From contig CAZCUD010000007.1 of assembly GCA_964501785.1 (NCBI GenBank), forward strand, positions 107,409 through 171,408: a DNA stretch of 64,000 nucleotides, written 5' to 3'. Both the position numbers and the translations under genes were made by a program. This DNA comes from an uncultured Bifidobacteriaceae bacterium (GTDB lineage Bacteria > Actinomycetota > Acidimicrobiia > IMCC26256 > PALSA-555). Under the pieces are notes generated by a model. It had not been told where the DNA came from and did not search any database. It worked only from the letters and a program-made list of their open reading frames with translations. This document shows, in pieces, positions 38,592 to 48,290 of this stretch (its first letter is position 1; each line of letters starts with the position of its first letter).

Positions 38592-39434
38592 TCAGGCGGG
38601 AGCCAGGGGCAGGGCCGGCTCGATCACCGTGCCCGGCCCACGCAGCTCGGCCGCCTGCTCGGGATCGCCGCCGTGCGCGGGGCAGTAGGGCTTGAAGGAG
38701 CAGAAGTCGCAGAGCCGGCTCGGGCTGGGACGGAAGTCGTCGCGCGCACAGGCTCGTTCGATCGCGGTCCACAATGCCGCCGTCTTGCGGGCCACGCCCC
38801 GCGTCGACTGCTCGGTGGGCGTCGCGATGATCGCCTCGGGCTTGGAGAGGTAGAGCAGCTGGACGCGTGAGGGGCGGCGCCCGAGCATCTGCTCGCAGAG
38901 CAAGGCGTAGGTGTGCACGCCACCGAGGCTGCGGCTCTCGAACATCTCAGAGGGCACGCGCCCGGTCTTGTAGTCGGTGACGACCAGCTCGCCGTCGCGG
39001 TCGAGCTCGAGCCGGTCGATGATCCCACGCAGGCGCACCCCCGGCCCCACCTCGGCCTGGAGCTTGAGCTCGAGCCCGATGGGATGGACGGTGGTCGGGT
39101 CTTCGAGCTCGAAGTAGCGCCGCACCAGCGCCTCGGCGTCGAGCTGGAACAGCGCCCACTCCTCGTCGGAGAGCTCGAGCCCGGCGAACTCGGGATGCTC
39201 GGCCAGCTCGGCCCGAGCGCGGTCGAGGTCGGCGAGGGCTGCGTCGACCGTGCGGTCGTCGGCGGGACGGCACATCAGCAGCTCGAGCGCCCGGTGCACC
39301 AGCGTGCCCTTGGACGCCCACGGCGACGGCGGCTCCGGGAGCCGATCGAGGTAGGAGAAGCGGAACGCGAGCGGGCACTCCTTGAAGGCCGAGACCGAGC
39401 TCGGCGAGAGGGAGTACGGGAGTGCTCGACCCAT
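38592..39434 (-). CDS. PD-(D/E)XK nuclease, RecB/Cas4-like with 4-Cys cluster
   Basis: N-terminal Cys (FKECPLAF). Nuclease core GIIDRLELDRDGELVVTDYKTG (D...D/ExK). C-terminal CDFCSFKPYC. Confidence 0.8.
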   Translation of the reverse strand: MGRALPYSLSPSSVSAFKECPLAFRFSYLDRLPEPPSPWASKGTLVHRALELLMCRPADDRTVDAALADLDRARAELAEHPEFAGLELSDEEWALFQLDAEALVRRYFELEDPTTVHPIGLELKLQAEVGPGVRLRGIIDRLELDRDGELVVTDYKTGRVPSEMFESRSLGGVHTYALLCEQMLGRRPSRVQLLYLSKPEAIIATPTEQSTRGVARKTAALWTAIERACARDDFRPSPSRLCDFCSFKPYCPAHGGDPEQAAELRGPGTVIEPALPLAPA

Positions 39435-39570
39435 CGATCGCACGGTACCGCCGGGGTGTGACACCCGAGGGGATGGCCGCGCCGGGCCTCCGAGCGCCCG
39501 GAGGCGAGGCGGTTAGGGTCGCCGGCCCGGGCCGTGGGCGTCGCCGCCGGCTCGGAGAGGAGGTGTGGCG

Positions 39571-40581
39571 ATGAAGGTCGACGGCGGGATCCCGGGTGCG
39601 GGGGTCGACGAGGTCGTGCGGGCGGCCCGTGAGCTCGAGGCGGTCGGGTACGACGGCGGTCTCAGCGCCGAGACGAACCACGACCCCTTCTTCCCGCTCC
39701 TCGTCGCCGCCGAGCACACCGATTCGCTCGAGCTCGGCACCGGCATCGCCGTGGCCTTCGCTCGCAGCCCCATGACGCTCGCCAACATCGGGTACGACCT
39801 CCAGGCCTTCTCCCGAGGCCGGTTCCGCCTCGGGCTCGGCAGCCAGATCAAGGCGCACATCGAGAAGCGCTTCTCGATGCCCTGGTCGCGCCCGGCAGCG
39901 CGCATGCGCGAGCTGATCCTCGCGGTGCGGGCGATCTGGGCCTGCTGGAACGAAGGTGCGCCACTCGACTTCCGCGGCGAGTTCTACCGGCACACGCTCA
40001 TGACGCCGTTCTTCGACCCCGGACCCAACCCCTACGGCAACCCGACGATCCAGCTCGCGGCCGTGGGCGAGCGGATGACGGAGGTGGCGGGAGAGGTCGC
40101 GGACGGCATCATCCTCCACGCGTTCACGACCGAGCGGTACGTGCGCGAGGTCACCCTGCCGGCGCTCGAGCGCGGGCTCGTGAAGGCCGGCCGCGATCGG
40201 CGCGACTTCGAGATCTCGGGCCCGATGTTCGTCGTCTCCGGCGCCGACGAAGAGGAGCTCGAGCGGGCGAAGCGCGGCACGCGTGAGCAGATCGCGTTCT
40301 ACGGGTCGACGCCGGCGTACCGCGGCGTCCTCGAGCTGCACGGCTGGGGCGATCTCCAGGCCGAGCTCAACCGCCTGTCGAAGCGCGGCGAGTGGCAGAC
40401 CATGGGTGAGCTGATCACCGACGACGTCCTCGAGACCTTCGCGGTGGTGGCGGCGCCCGAAGACGTGCCGAAGGCGATGCTCGCCCGGTACGGCGACGTG
40501 CTCGACCGACTCCAGTTCTACGCGCCGTATCGCAGCGATCCCGACCGCTGGAAGCAGGTGCTCGCCTCCTTCCACCAGTGA
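39571..40581 (+). CDS. LLM-class (luciferase-like) F420-dependent oxidoreductase
   Basis: Typical LLM TIM-barrel sequence (GLSAETNHDPFFPLLVAAEHT...RFRLGLGSQIKAHIEKRF...). ATG 39571 lies 7 nt after the ggagaggagg RBS. Confidence 0.8.
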   Translation: MKVDGGIPGAGVDEVVRAARELEAVGYDGGLSAETNHDPFFPLLVAAEHTDSLELGTGIAVAFARSPMTLANIGYDLQAFSRGRFRLGLGSQIKAHIEKRFSMPWSRPAARMRELILAVRAIWACWNEGAPLDFRGEFYRHTLMTPFFDPGPNPYGNPTIQLAAVGERMTEVAGEVADGIILHAFTTERYVREVTLPALERGLVKAGRDRRDFEISGPMFVVSGADEEELERAKRGTREQIAFYGSTPAYRGVLELHGWGDLQAELNRLSKRGEWQTMGELITDDVLETFAVVAAPEDVPKAMLARYGDVLDRLQFYAPYRSDPDRWKQVLASFHQ

Positions 40582-40612
40582 CCGGACGCGCGTAGCGCAT
40601 CCGTCCGGTCAC
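40578..40612. terminator. Terminator-like hairpin enclosing the stop codon of the LLM oxidoreductase
   Basis: gtgaccggacg / cgtccggtcac: 11-bp perfect stem, 13-nt loop. Confidence 0.5.
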
Positions 40613-40667
40613 CACCGCCGCACCCGTCTCAGCCTGGGTTCAGGTTCGTTGCGTCACACTCGCCGTC

Positions 40668-41222
40668 ATGAGCGACGACCAACCGACGACATCGGACGAC
40701 GCGGCGGCCGCGGCCGACGCCGAGACCCAGCCCCAGTCCCAGTCCATCGACCCCGACCGTCCGGCCGCGGCCGACGCGTCCGACTCCGCCCAGCCCCCCA
40801 CCGAGGGCGCGTCGGTCGGGTCGGACGGCTCGGGGGTGACGATCCCGAGCTGGCTCGCCGGCGCGCTGGTCGTGGTGCTCGCCCTGCTGATCGCGGGCGC
40901 GGGCTTCGCGATCGGGCGCGCCACCGCCCCCGAGGACGACGGCTTCCGCCCGATCGTGGCGACCGAGCGTGGCCGTGGCGGTGGCGACGGGCCGCGTGCC
41001 TTCCCCGGCCCCGGCGGCCTCCCGGGCGCGCCGGGCGGTCGTGGCCCCGAGGGCCGCGGCGGCGGACCCGGGCCTCGAGCGGTGCCGTTCCCGGAGGAGC
41101 GCGGCCGCTCGTACGAGGACGACGATCGCCGGAGCCGCGATCCCGAGCTCGACGAGCGAGAGGACGACTCGGAGTCGGGGGGCTCGGACGCACCTGCGCC
41201 CCCGGACCTGCCCGGCACCTGA
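40668..41222 (+). CDS. Hypothetical single-pass membrane protein with acidic/Gly-Pro-rich disordered regions
   Basis: Good GC3 in this frame. One TM (WLAGALVVVLALLIAGAGFAIG). The flanks are low complexity. Confidence 0.6.
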   Translation: MSDDQPTTSDDAAAAADAETQPQSQSIDPDRPAAADASDSAQPPTEGASVGSDGSGVTIPSWLAGALVVVLALLIAGAGFAIGRATAPEDDGFRPIVATERGRGGGDGPRAFPGPGGLPGAPGGRGPEGRGGGPGPRAVPFPEERGRSYEDDDRRSRDPELDEREDDSESGGSDAPAPPDLPGT

Positions 41223-41276
41223 GTCCGTACACTCTCCCGGTGCCCGACGACGTTCGGCACGAGGGGGGAGCACACG

Positions 41277-41597
41277 ATGAGCACGCGCCAGCTCGGTGAC
41301 GTCGCGACGAAGCTGCTGTTCGAGAACGACCGGGTGCGGGTCTGGGAGATGGACCTCGCTCCCGGGGAGTCGTCCGCCGTGCACGAGCACACGCTCGACT
41401 ACCTGCTGATCCAGCTCGAGGGCGACAAGATCGCCGGGATCTTCGAGGAAGACACGAAGGGCGCGTACCCGCCGGGGACGGTCGAGGGTGACGTCGCACC
41501 GGGCAACGTCGTCTACATCGAGAAGGGCGGCATCGAGACCGCGAAGAACACGGGCACGAAGCGCTACCGCGAGATCCTGGTGGAGCTGAAGCCGTGA
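41277..41597 (+). CDS. Cupin domain protein (106 aa)
   Basis: LLFENDRVRVWEMDLAPGESSAVHEHTLDYLLIQLEG is a cupin motif 1-like sequence. Confidence 0.7.
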   Translation: MSTRQLGDVATKLLFENDRVRVWEMDLAPGESSAVHEHTLDYLLIQLEGDKIAGIFEEDTKGAYPPGTVEGDVAPGNVVYIEKGGIETAKNTGTKRYREILVELKP

Positions 41598-41655
41598 ACG
41601 TCCGCGGGTCGGTCGACGCGAACCGGCGCACGGCCTCCCCGCGGACCCGGGACGC

Positions 41656-42822
41656 GTGACCACGGTCGACGTCGGTCCCCTCACCGGGCTCCGGGTGCTC
41701 GAGGTCGCCAGCCTGTTCGCCGCTCCCCAGGTCGCCACCCTGCTCGGCGACCTCGGTGCGGACGTGGTGAAGGTCGAGCCGCCCGAAGGCGACCCGATGC
41801 GCTCGATGGGCCAGCGCCGCGCCGGACGGTCGGTCGCGTGGGAGGCGATCGGTCGCAACAAGCGCTCGGTCGTCCTCGATCTCGAGGCCGATGGTGACGC
41901 CGGGAGCGCCGATCGTGCCGCCTTCGACTCGCTCGTGGGGGCCGCGGACGTGCTCGTCGAGAACCTCCCCGCCGCGCTGCGCTCCCGTTGGCGCTGCGGC
42001 TACGACGACCTCGCCGCCCGCAACCCCCGGCTGGTCGTCGTCAGCGTGAGCTGCTTCGGGCGGACAGGGCCGCACGCGGATCGACCCGGCGCGGGGACGC
42101 TCGCCGAGGCCCACGCGGGCCTGACCCACATGACCGGCGACGCCGATGGGCCGCCGACGCTCGCGTCGGTCGCCATCGGCGACACGTTGACCGCGTTCGC
42201 GGGGGTGATCGGAGCGCTCGCCGCGTGCTGGTCGCGCGACGCGCGGGGCGGGCCGGGGCGCCACGTCGACGTGAGCATGTACGAACCGGTGCTCGCGGTG
42301 ATGGCCGGAGTGATCGCGGGATGGGACGGTGAGGGTGCGCCGCCCGCCCGCTCAGGCAGCCGGGTGCACGGTGGGGCGCCCCGCAACGTCTACCGGACCG
42401 GCGACGGTGGCTACGTCGCGGTGTCCGGGACGACCGACGCGCAGGTCGCGCGGCTGCTGCCGCTGCTCGGTCGGGACGACGCAGACGGCCGCGAGCGCTT
42501 CGGTCGGGCCGTGGAGCGCGCCGCCGCGGCCGACGAGCTCGATGCGCTCGTCGCCGCCTGGATCGCCGAGCGCGGTCGGGACGACGTCGTCGCCGCGCTC
42601 CTGGAGGCGCGGATCCCCGTGAGTCCCGTCAACGACCTCCGCGACGTGCTCGACGACGCGCAGGTGCGCCAACGGGGCAGCCTCGTGGAGATCTCCGGCG
42701 ACTGGGGAACCGTGACCGTGCCCGCCCCGATGCCGTCGATGTCGGGAGCCCGCCGGGAGCCGACCCCCGCGCCGGCGCTCGGAGCCGACCGGGCGGCAGT
42801 GCTCGCCGACTGGGTCGGCTGA
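41656..42822 (+). CDS. CoA-transferase family III (CaiB/BaiF/Frc-like)
   Basis: GPLTGLRVLEVASLFAAPQVATLLGDLGADVVKVEPPEGDP...N-terminal signature. A conserved Asp region lies in IGDTLTAF. Confidence 0.88.
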   Translation: MTTVDVGPLTGLRVLEVASLFAAPQVATLLGDLGADVVKVEPPEGDPMRSMGQRRAGRSVAWEAIGRNKRSVVLDLEADGDAGSADRAAFDSLVGAADVLVENLPAALRSRWRCGYDDLAARNPRLVVVSVSCFGRTGPHADRPGAGTLAEAHAGLTHMTGDADGPPTLASVAIGDTLTAFAGVIGALAACWSRDARGGPGRHVDVSMYEPVLAVMAGVIAGWDGEGAPPARSGSRVHGGAPRNVYRTGDGGYVAVSGTTDAQVARLLPLLGRDDADGRERFGRAVERAAAADELDALVAAWIAERGRDDVVAALLEARIPVSPVNDLRDVLDDAQVRQRGSLVEISGDWGTVTVPAPMPSMSGARREPTPAPALGADRAAVLADWVG

Positions 42823-42837
42823 CGGATCGCGCCGACG

Positions 42838-43731
42838 TCAGTCGCCGCGGACCGATTCGCGCGGCAGCCGCCCGTCGAGGTCGGTGAAGCCGTATTCGGT
42901 CGCCAGCGACAGCGTGGTCACCGCCTGCCCGCTGCGGGCGCGAGCGTCCGGGTCGGTCGCGAGCGCGACGACGCCGCGGCCGACGAAGCGCGGCGTCTCG
43001 GCGTCGGCGAGGTCGAACGTCCCCTCGCCCGGGAGGTCGAGCACCGAGCGGCCGTCGTCGGTTCGCCGCGCGCCGAGCTCGACGATCTCGGTGCGCACGA
43101 GTCCCGGCCACAGCGACACGACCGTGACCGCGGTGCCCACCAGGTCGTGCGCCATGTCGGCGGTCATCTTGTCGACCGCGGCCTTGCCGACGCCGTACAG
43201 GACGTTGTGCGCGTACTCGGTCGACCCGGACGACGAGACGTTGGCGATGAGGCCGTGCTCGGCCTCGAGCAGCATCGGTGTCGCCAGGACCGCGGCCACG
43301 TAGTGCGACCGAGCACCGATGCCGATCACCTGGTCCCACGCGTCGGACGGGATCTCCCAGTACCGCGCGCCGAGCCAGGGTGCGAGGTCGATCGCCGAGT
43401 ACACGTTGTTGACGAGGACGTCGAGGCGGCCCTGCTCGGAACCCACGCGCTCGAAGAGCCCGGCGACCGCCGCGTCGTCGTGGTGGTCGCACACCACGCC
43501 CACCGCGTGCCCGCCCAGAGCGTCGACCGCGGCCACCGTCTCGCCGAGGGTTCCCGGGATCGGTCCGGGCTCGACCGTCCGCGCGGTGACGTAGACCGTC
43601 GCGCCTGCCGCGCCGAGCTCGAGCGCGACTCCCTTGCCGATCCCGCGACTCGCGCCGGTGACGACGGCGACGCGTCCCGCGAGCGGGCGTTCGTCGCGAA
43701 CCTCGGTCTCCCGCATGGCGTCGGTGGTCAC
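42838..43731 (-). CDS. Short-chain dehydrogenase/reductase (SDR)
   Basis: VAVVTGASRGIGKG. NNV. YGVGK (YxxxK). Confidence 0.88.
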   Translation of the reverse strand: MTTDAMRETEVRDERPLAGRVAVVTGASRGIGKGVALELGAAGATVYVTARTVEPGPIPGTLGETVAAVDALGGHAVGVVCDHHDDAAVAGLFERVGSEQGRLDVLVNNVYSAIDLAPWLGARYWEIPSDAWDQVIGIGARSHYVAAVLATPMLLEAEHGLIANVSSSGSTEYAHNVLYGVGKAAVDKMTADMAHDLVGTAVTVVSLWPGLVRTEIVELGARRTDDGRSVLDLPGEGTFDLADAETPRFVGRGVVALATDPDARARSGQAVTTLSLATEYGFTDLDGRLPRESVRGD

Positions 43732-43750
43732 GGGTCGACATCATGGCCCA

Positions 43751-44212
43751 GTGCGAGACGACCCGACAGAGGGCGACGAACGCGCTTCGGAGCAGGTGCG
43801 GCAGGCGAACGCGGCGTTCTACGCCGCGTTCGAGTCGCGCGACCTCGACGCCATGTCGGCGCTCTGGGAGCACTCCGATCGCGCCTCGGTCACCCACCCC
43901 GGCTGGCCCGCGCTGCGCGGCTGGGCGCGGATCATCGGGTCATGGGAGGCGATCTTCACGAACACCGCGTACCTCCAGTTCGTACTGACCGAGGAGACCG
44001 TCACCGTCGTCGGCGACGTCGCGTGGGTGACGCTCGACGAGAACCTGCTCCAGTCGGTCGGGCCCGCGTCGGGCGCGCCGGCCGACGACGAGCTCTCGGG
44101 TGCGAGGATCGCGGCGCTCAACGTGTTCGTGCGCGACGACGGGACCTGGCGGATGGTCGTGCACCACGGCTCACCCGTGTCGGCGCCGGCCGACTTCGAG
44201 CTGGAGCCGTGA
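43751..44212 (+). CDS. SnoaL/NTF2-like (DUF4440-type) protein
   Basis: From GTG 43751: VRQANAAFYAAFESRDLDAMSALW...WRMVVHHGSP, the NTF2-like pattern. Confidence 0.7.
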   Translation: MRDDPTEGDERASEQVRQANAAFYAAFESRDLDAMSALWEHSDRASVTHPGWPALRGWARIIGSWEAIFTNTAYLQFVLTEETVTVVGDVAWVTLDENLLQSVGPASGAPADDELSGARIAALNVFVRDDGTWRMVVHHGSPVSAPADFELEP

Positions 44213-44221
44213 CGCGCTCGT

Positions 44222-44929
44222 TCAGGCGCGGTTGGCGGCGATCCAACGGTCGAGCGCGGGCCCGCTCTCGAAGCTGCTGATCAGCGCGTATCGCGTGCCG
44301 TCGGCGGGATGGCACACGACGTGCCAGAGGCGCTGGGTGTCGACCACGAAGCGCGCGCCGCGGTGCAGGGGCAGGTGCACCTCGGTCGCGGGGTCGGGGA
44401 GGCCGTCGGGCCCCTGCTCCATCAGGATCATGAAGGAGTCGGGGAAGTCGGTGAGCTCGATCCATGACCGCACCACCCAGCCCTCCCCGTCGGGGTTGAA
44501 CCGGTTGTTGTCGTCGCGGTGGATGCTGCGCAGCGACTGCTCGTAGTCCTGGGGCTCGAGCCGGATGGTGCGCACGCGTCCGAAGTCGGCGCCGACGGCC
44601 TCGACCTCACGCACGAGCGTCGGGCACTTGGCCGCGTTGGACGTCCAGCGGCCGCCCTTGTCGGGCTTCTCGTCGCCCGGCTTCCAGAAGCCGCGGCAGT
44701 CGAGCTCGCCGTCGGCGGTGGCGATCGGCGCGAAGTTGGTGTCGCCGCCGCTCTTCCAGTCCATGTACTCGAGCGAGAGGTACTCCGCCTCGGGAACCGG
44801 GGGGTCGAGATCGGTGAGCACCACGTAGCCGTGCTCCGCGAGCGCGTCGAGCCGAGGGTGCGGGGTGTCGAGCGGGATGTCGGTCGACCAGTGCGGCAGG
44901 TTGAGGTACTCGGCGACGCTCGAGGTCAT
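44222..44929 (-). CDS. Hypothetical protein, possible aspartyl/asparaginyl beta-hydroxylase-like cupin dioxygenase
   Basis: From ATG 44929. HRDDNN (HxD), ...ARFVVDTQRLWHVVCHP (distal His) and ...RYALISSF resemble the AspH family. The assignment is tentative. Confidence 0.4.
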   Translation of the reverse strand: MTSSVAEYLNLPHWSTDIPLDTPHPRLDALAEHGYVVLTDLDPPVPEAEYLSLEYMDWKSGGDTNFAPIATADGELDCRGFWKPGDEKPDKGGRWTSNAAKCPTLVREVEAVGADFGRVRTIRLEPQDYEQSLRSIHRDDNNRFNPDGEGWVVRSWIELTDFPDSFMILMEQGPDGLPDPATEVHLPLHRGARFVVDTQRLWHVVCHPADGTRYALISSFESGPALDRWIAANRA

Positions 44930-45075
44930 CCGTCCAGTGTAGGAAGCGCCGCGGCCGGTGCCGGTGCCGACCGCGAACTCGTGACGAACGTCCCGATCCG
45001 GACACCGCAGACGAGCGCACGCCCTCGTCGTAGTCTGCGGCCATGGTGGGGGAGGGCGCTGCGGCACGCGGACGG

Positions 45076-45885
45076 ATGGACGGCAAGGTGGCGATCGTCA
45101 CCGGCTCCACCCGCGGCATCGGGCGGGCGACCGCAGAGCGGTTCGCCGAGGAAGGTGCGTCGGTGATCGTCACCGGTCGTACGGAGGAGACGGGTCACGC
45201 CGTCGAGCGGGAGATCCGTGACGGCGGTGGTGAGGCCACGTTCGTGCGCACCGACCTGGCGCGCGAAGAGGACGTCGTCGCGATGGTGGCGGCGGCGGTC
45301 GAGCGCTACGGAGCGGTGACGACGCTCGTGAACAACGCGGCTCCGACCGAGCTGATGGGCCCCGGACGCTCCGACCGTCGAGTCACCGAGCTCGAGAACG
45401 ATGCGTGGGACTCGATCATGCTCGTCGCGCTGAAGGCCGTCGTCTGGGCGTGCAAGCACACGATCCCGGCGATGGTGGCGGCCGGCGGAGGTGCCATCGT
45501 CAACATCTCCTCCGCCGCGTCCCTCCTCGGCACCCCGGGTCTCGACACGTACACCGCCGCGAAGGGTGCGCTCAACACGCTCACCCGCTCGATGGCCGTC
45601 GAGTACGCGGCCGACGGCATCCGCGTCAACTGCATCGCCTCCGGGATGGTGCTCACGAGCGAGGGCGCGTTCAAGCTCATGGACGATCCGGTGATCGGTG
45701 GCGCGACGAAGGCCATGCACCTCACGCGTCTCGGCCTCCCGATCGACATCGCGAACGCCGCACTGTTCCTCGCGTCCGAGGAGTCCGCGTTCGTCACCGG
45801 CGCGGTGATCCCGGTCGACGGCGGTGTGACCGCGCGCATGCCGGTGCCCGACCTCTCCGCTGCCGACGTCGACCTGGGCGGCTAG
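45076..45885 (+). CDS. Short-chain dehydrogenase/reductase (SDR)
   Basis: VAIVTGSTRGIGRA. NNAA. YTAAK (YxxxK). PVDGG. Confidence 0.9.
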   Translation: MDGKVAIVTGSTRGIGRATAERFAEEGASVIVTGRTEETGHAVEREIRDGGGEATFVRTDLAREEDVVAMVAAAVERYGAVTTLVNNAAPTELMGPGRSDRRVTELENDAWDSIMLVALKAVVWACKHTIPAMVAAGGGAIVNISSAASLLGTPGLDTYTAAKGALNTLTRSMAVEYAADGIRVNCIASGMVLTSEGAFKLMDDPVIGGATKAMHLTRLGLPIDIANAALFLASEESAFVTGAVIPVDGGVTARMPVPDLSAADVDLGG

Positions 45886-45892
45886 CCGGATC

Positions 45893-46720
45893 GTGCACCC
45901 ACGGCTCTCGGTGAGCGCGGTGTCGAGCTGGCGCTGGTCGTTCGCCGAGGACCTCTCGTTCTGGGTCGACGCCGGCATCGATCACGTCGGGCTGTCGTAT
46001 CGCAAGCTCGAGGAGCACGGTCTCGATGCCGCGGTCGAACGGGTGCAACGGGAGGGCCTGCGCGTCAGCAACCTCGTCGAGCTCGGCTGGTGGGACCTCG
46101 GCGACCCGGCGACGTGGCCGGCCCAGCAGGAGCGGCTCGTCGGCGCCGTGGCGGTGGCGACGGAGGTCGGGGGCTCGCTCGTGCTCACGACCGGACCCGC
46201 GCTCGGGCTCGACTGGGACGAGGCCGTCGCCCGCCTCGGCGACGCCCTGGCGCCGGTGATCGGCGCGGCCGACGACGGCGGCGTCGACGTCGCCATCGAG
46301 CACACCGGGGCGCTGCGGGTCGACCTGAGCTTCTGCACCTCGTTCGCCGACGGGGTCGACCTGGTCCGCTCGATCGGCGTCGGGCTCTGCATGGAGGTCA
46401 GCTCGTGCTTCGCGGAGCGCGACCTCTTCCCGCACGTCCGTCGCGGTGCCGAGGTCTTGCGCCACGTGCAGCTCAGCGACTTCGTGGTCGGGAGCCTCTG
46501 CACCCCCGACCGGGCGGTGCCGGGCGACGGTGACATCCCCCTCGGGCGGATCGTCGGTGCGGTCGCCGCTGCCGGCTACGGCGGCCCGTTCGAGCTCGAG
46601 CTCGTCGGACCCCGGATCGAGGAGGAGGGGTACGCGCCGGCGATCGTCCGGTCGGTGGCGTTCCTCGATGCGCTGCTCACGGCGCAGCTCGCGACCACCC
46701 CGCCGGGCTACTCGGCGTAG
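45893..46720 (+). CDS. Sugar phosphate isomerase/epimerase (xylose isomerase-like TIM barrel)
   Basis: Family-like pattern: VAIEHTG...MEVSSCF...HVQLSD...PGDGDIPL...FELELVG. Confidence 0.7.
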   Translation: MHPRLSVSAVSSWRWSFAEDLSFWVDAGIDHVGLSYRKLEEHGLDAAVERVQREGLRVSNLVELGWWDLGDPATWPAQQERLVGAVAVATEVGGSLVLTTGPALGLDWDEAVARLGDALAPVIGAADDGGVDVAIEHTGALRVDLSFCTSFADGVDLVRSIGVGLCMEVSSCFAERDLFPHVRRGAEVLRHVQLSDFVVGSLCTPDRAVPGDGDIPLGRIVGAVAAAGYGGPFELELVGPRIEEEGYAPAIVRSVAFLDALLTAQLATTPPGYSA

Positions 46721-46998
46721 CGGATCTCCGGCGGAGCGGCGAGCACGTCGGCCAGGCGCTCCTGGGCGACTCGCACGGCGTCGGTCGCGCGGTGGGCGAC
46801 GATCGCGTCGTCGTCGACGAACACCTCGTACCCGAGCACGGTGTCGGCGTCGTCGCGCGCGCGATGCACCTCGAACGCGCGATTGCCGGGCTCGGCGCGA
46901 GTCGCCACTGCGAGATCGTCGAGGATCCCGATCAGCTCGTCGCGTCGTCCGGGTTGGGCGACGAGCCGCGTGAAGATGACGACGCCCGCGTCGCTCAC
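46708..46998 (-). CDS. Antibiotic biosynthesis monooxygenase (ABM) domain protein
   Basis: 96 aa. IFTRLVAQPGRRDELI...EPGNRAFEVHR...LGYEVFVDDDAIVAH is a ferredoxin-like ABM pattern. Confidence 0.75.
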   Translation of the reverse strand: MSDAGVVIFTRLVAQPGRRDELIGILDDLAVATRAEPGNRAFEVHRARDDADTVLGYEVFVDDDAIVAHRATDAVRVAQERLADVLAAPPEIRYAE

Positions 46999-48203
46999 GA
47001 GTCCGCGTACGCGCCGCGCACGGCGAACGCGTCGCGCCGCCAGCGGTCGGGGGTCAGCACGAGCGCACGCGGATAGTCCTCGAACATCCAGCGGGCGAAG
47101 TTGCGTCGCGTCCAGGGCGTGAGGTCGGCGGCGCGCATCGCGCCCCGCGCGCCCAGAGGGGAGCGCAGCAGCTGTTGGAGGCTCGTCGCGAAGCGCAGGT
47201 CGCGTCCGAGCCGGCGATGCACCTCGCGCCGGTATCGGGCGGCGACCCGGGCCGGTTTGCCGCCCCGGGCGACGCTCTCCGCGGCCACGATCCCGGTCTC
47301 GAGGGCCTGGGCGATGCCCTCGCCGGTCATCGGGTCGACGACGCCCGCGGCGTCACCCGTGTAGAGGATGCGCCCGTCCGCGAGTCGCCGTTGGCGGAGG
47401 GAGGTCGGGATCGGCCATGCCCGGGTCCGCTCCTCCGGCTCGGCGGCCGGCCCGAGGACGGCCCGCATCGCCGGCCGATCGAGGACGTCCGCCCAGAGCG
47501 CCTTGAGCTCCTTGCCGGTGAGGCCGGAGTCGCGCAGCACGCCGAAGCCCACGTTGGCGCGTCCACCCGCGAGCGGGAACACCCACGCGTAGCCGGGCAG
47601 GAGGTCGTCGTCGAAGAGGACCCACTGGCGCCGGTCGCGCACGCTGCGGAAGTACTGACGCACGGCGTGCCAGGTCCCGAGGTCGGCGGGCGCGTCGGGC
47701 TCGCGCAGGCGGCGCACCGTCGACCAGTGCCCGTCAGCCGCCACGACGACGCCGGCCACTACCTCGTCGTCGCCGACGCGCGCGCGCACGGGTCCGTCGG
47801 GCTCGGCGACGATGTCGTGCAACGGCATGCCGTCACGGACGTCGACCCCGACGGCGCGGGCCCGGTCGACGAGCGCGGCGTCGAGGACGCTCCTCGGCAC
47901 CACGGCGGACACGATGCCGCGGCCCGGCATCGACAGCTCGACGTGGCGGCCGCTCGGCGAGACGAGGACCGTCTCGTCGACCGCGACGAACTCGTCCAGC
48001 CCGGGCGCGTCGACGCCGAGGCGCGCGAGCAGCCGCAGCGCCTGCGCGGTGAGCCCGTCACCGCAGGTCTTGTCGCGCGGGAACGTCGCCTTGTCGACGA
48101 GCCGAGTGCGCAACCCTCGCTCGTGCGCGGTCATCGCAGCCGCCACGCCGGCGGGGCCGGCACCGACGACGAGGACGTCGACCTCGTCGGTGCGTGTGGG
48201 CAT
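46995..48203 (-). CDS. Geranylgeranyl reductase family FAD-dependent oxidoreductase
   Basis: From ATG 48203: DVLVVGAGPAGVAAA (GxGxxG), FPRDKTCGDGLT, GDAAGVVDPMTGEGI. Confidence 0.85.
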   Translation of the reverse strand: MPTRTDEVDVLVVGAGPAGVAAAMTAHERGLRTRLVDKATFPRDKTCGDGLTAQALRLLARLGVDAPGLDEFVAVDETVLVSPSGRHVELSMPGRGIVSAVVPRSVLDAALVDRARAVGVDVRDGMPLHDIVAEPDGPVRARVGDDEVVAGVVVAADGHWSTVRRLREPDAPADLGTWHAVRQYFRSVRDRRQWVLFDDDLLPGYAWVFPLAGGRANVGFGVLRDSGLTGKELKALWADVLDRPAMRAVLGPAAEPEERTRAWPIPTSLRQRRLADGRILYTGDAAGVVDPMTGEGIAQALETGIVAAESVARGGKPARVAARYRREVHRRLGRDLRFATSLQQLLRSPLGARGAMRAADLTPWTRRNFARWMFEDYPRALVLTPDRWRRDAFAVRGAYADS

Positions 48204-48290
48204 GGCCCCGACGGTAGGCGCGCGGCCCGTCGGCCCGGCACCCCGGCGCCACACCTCCGCCGCGACCGTCCGAGCCGCTACGCTCCCGCG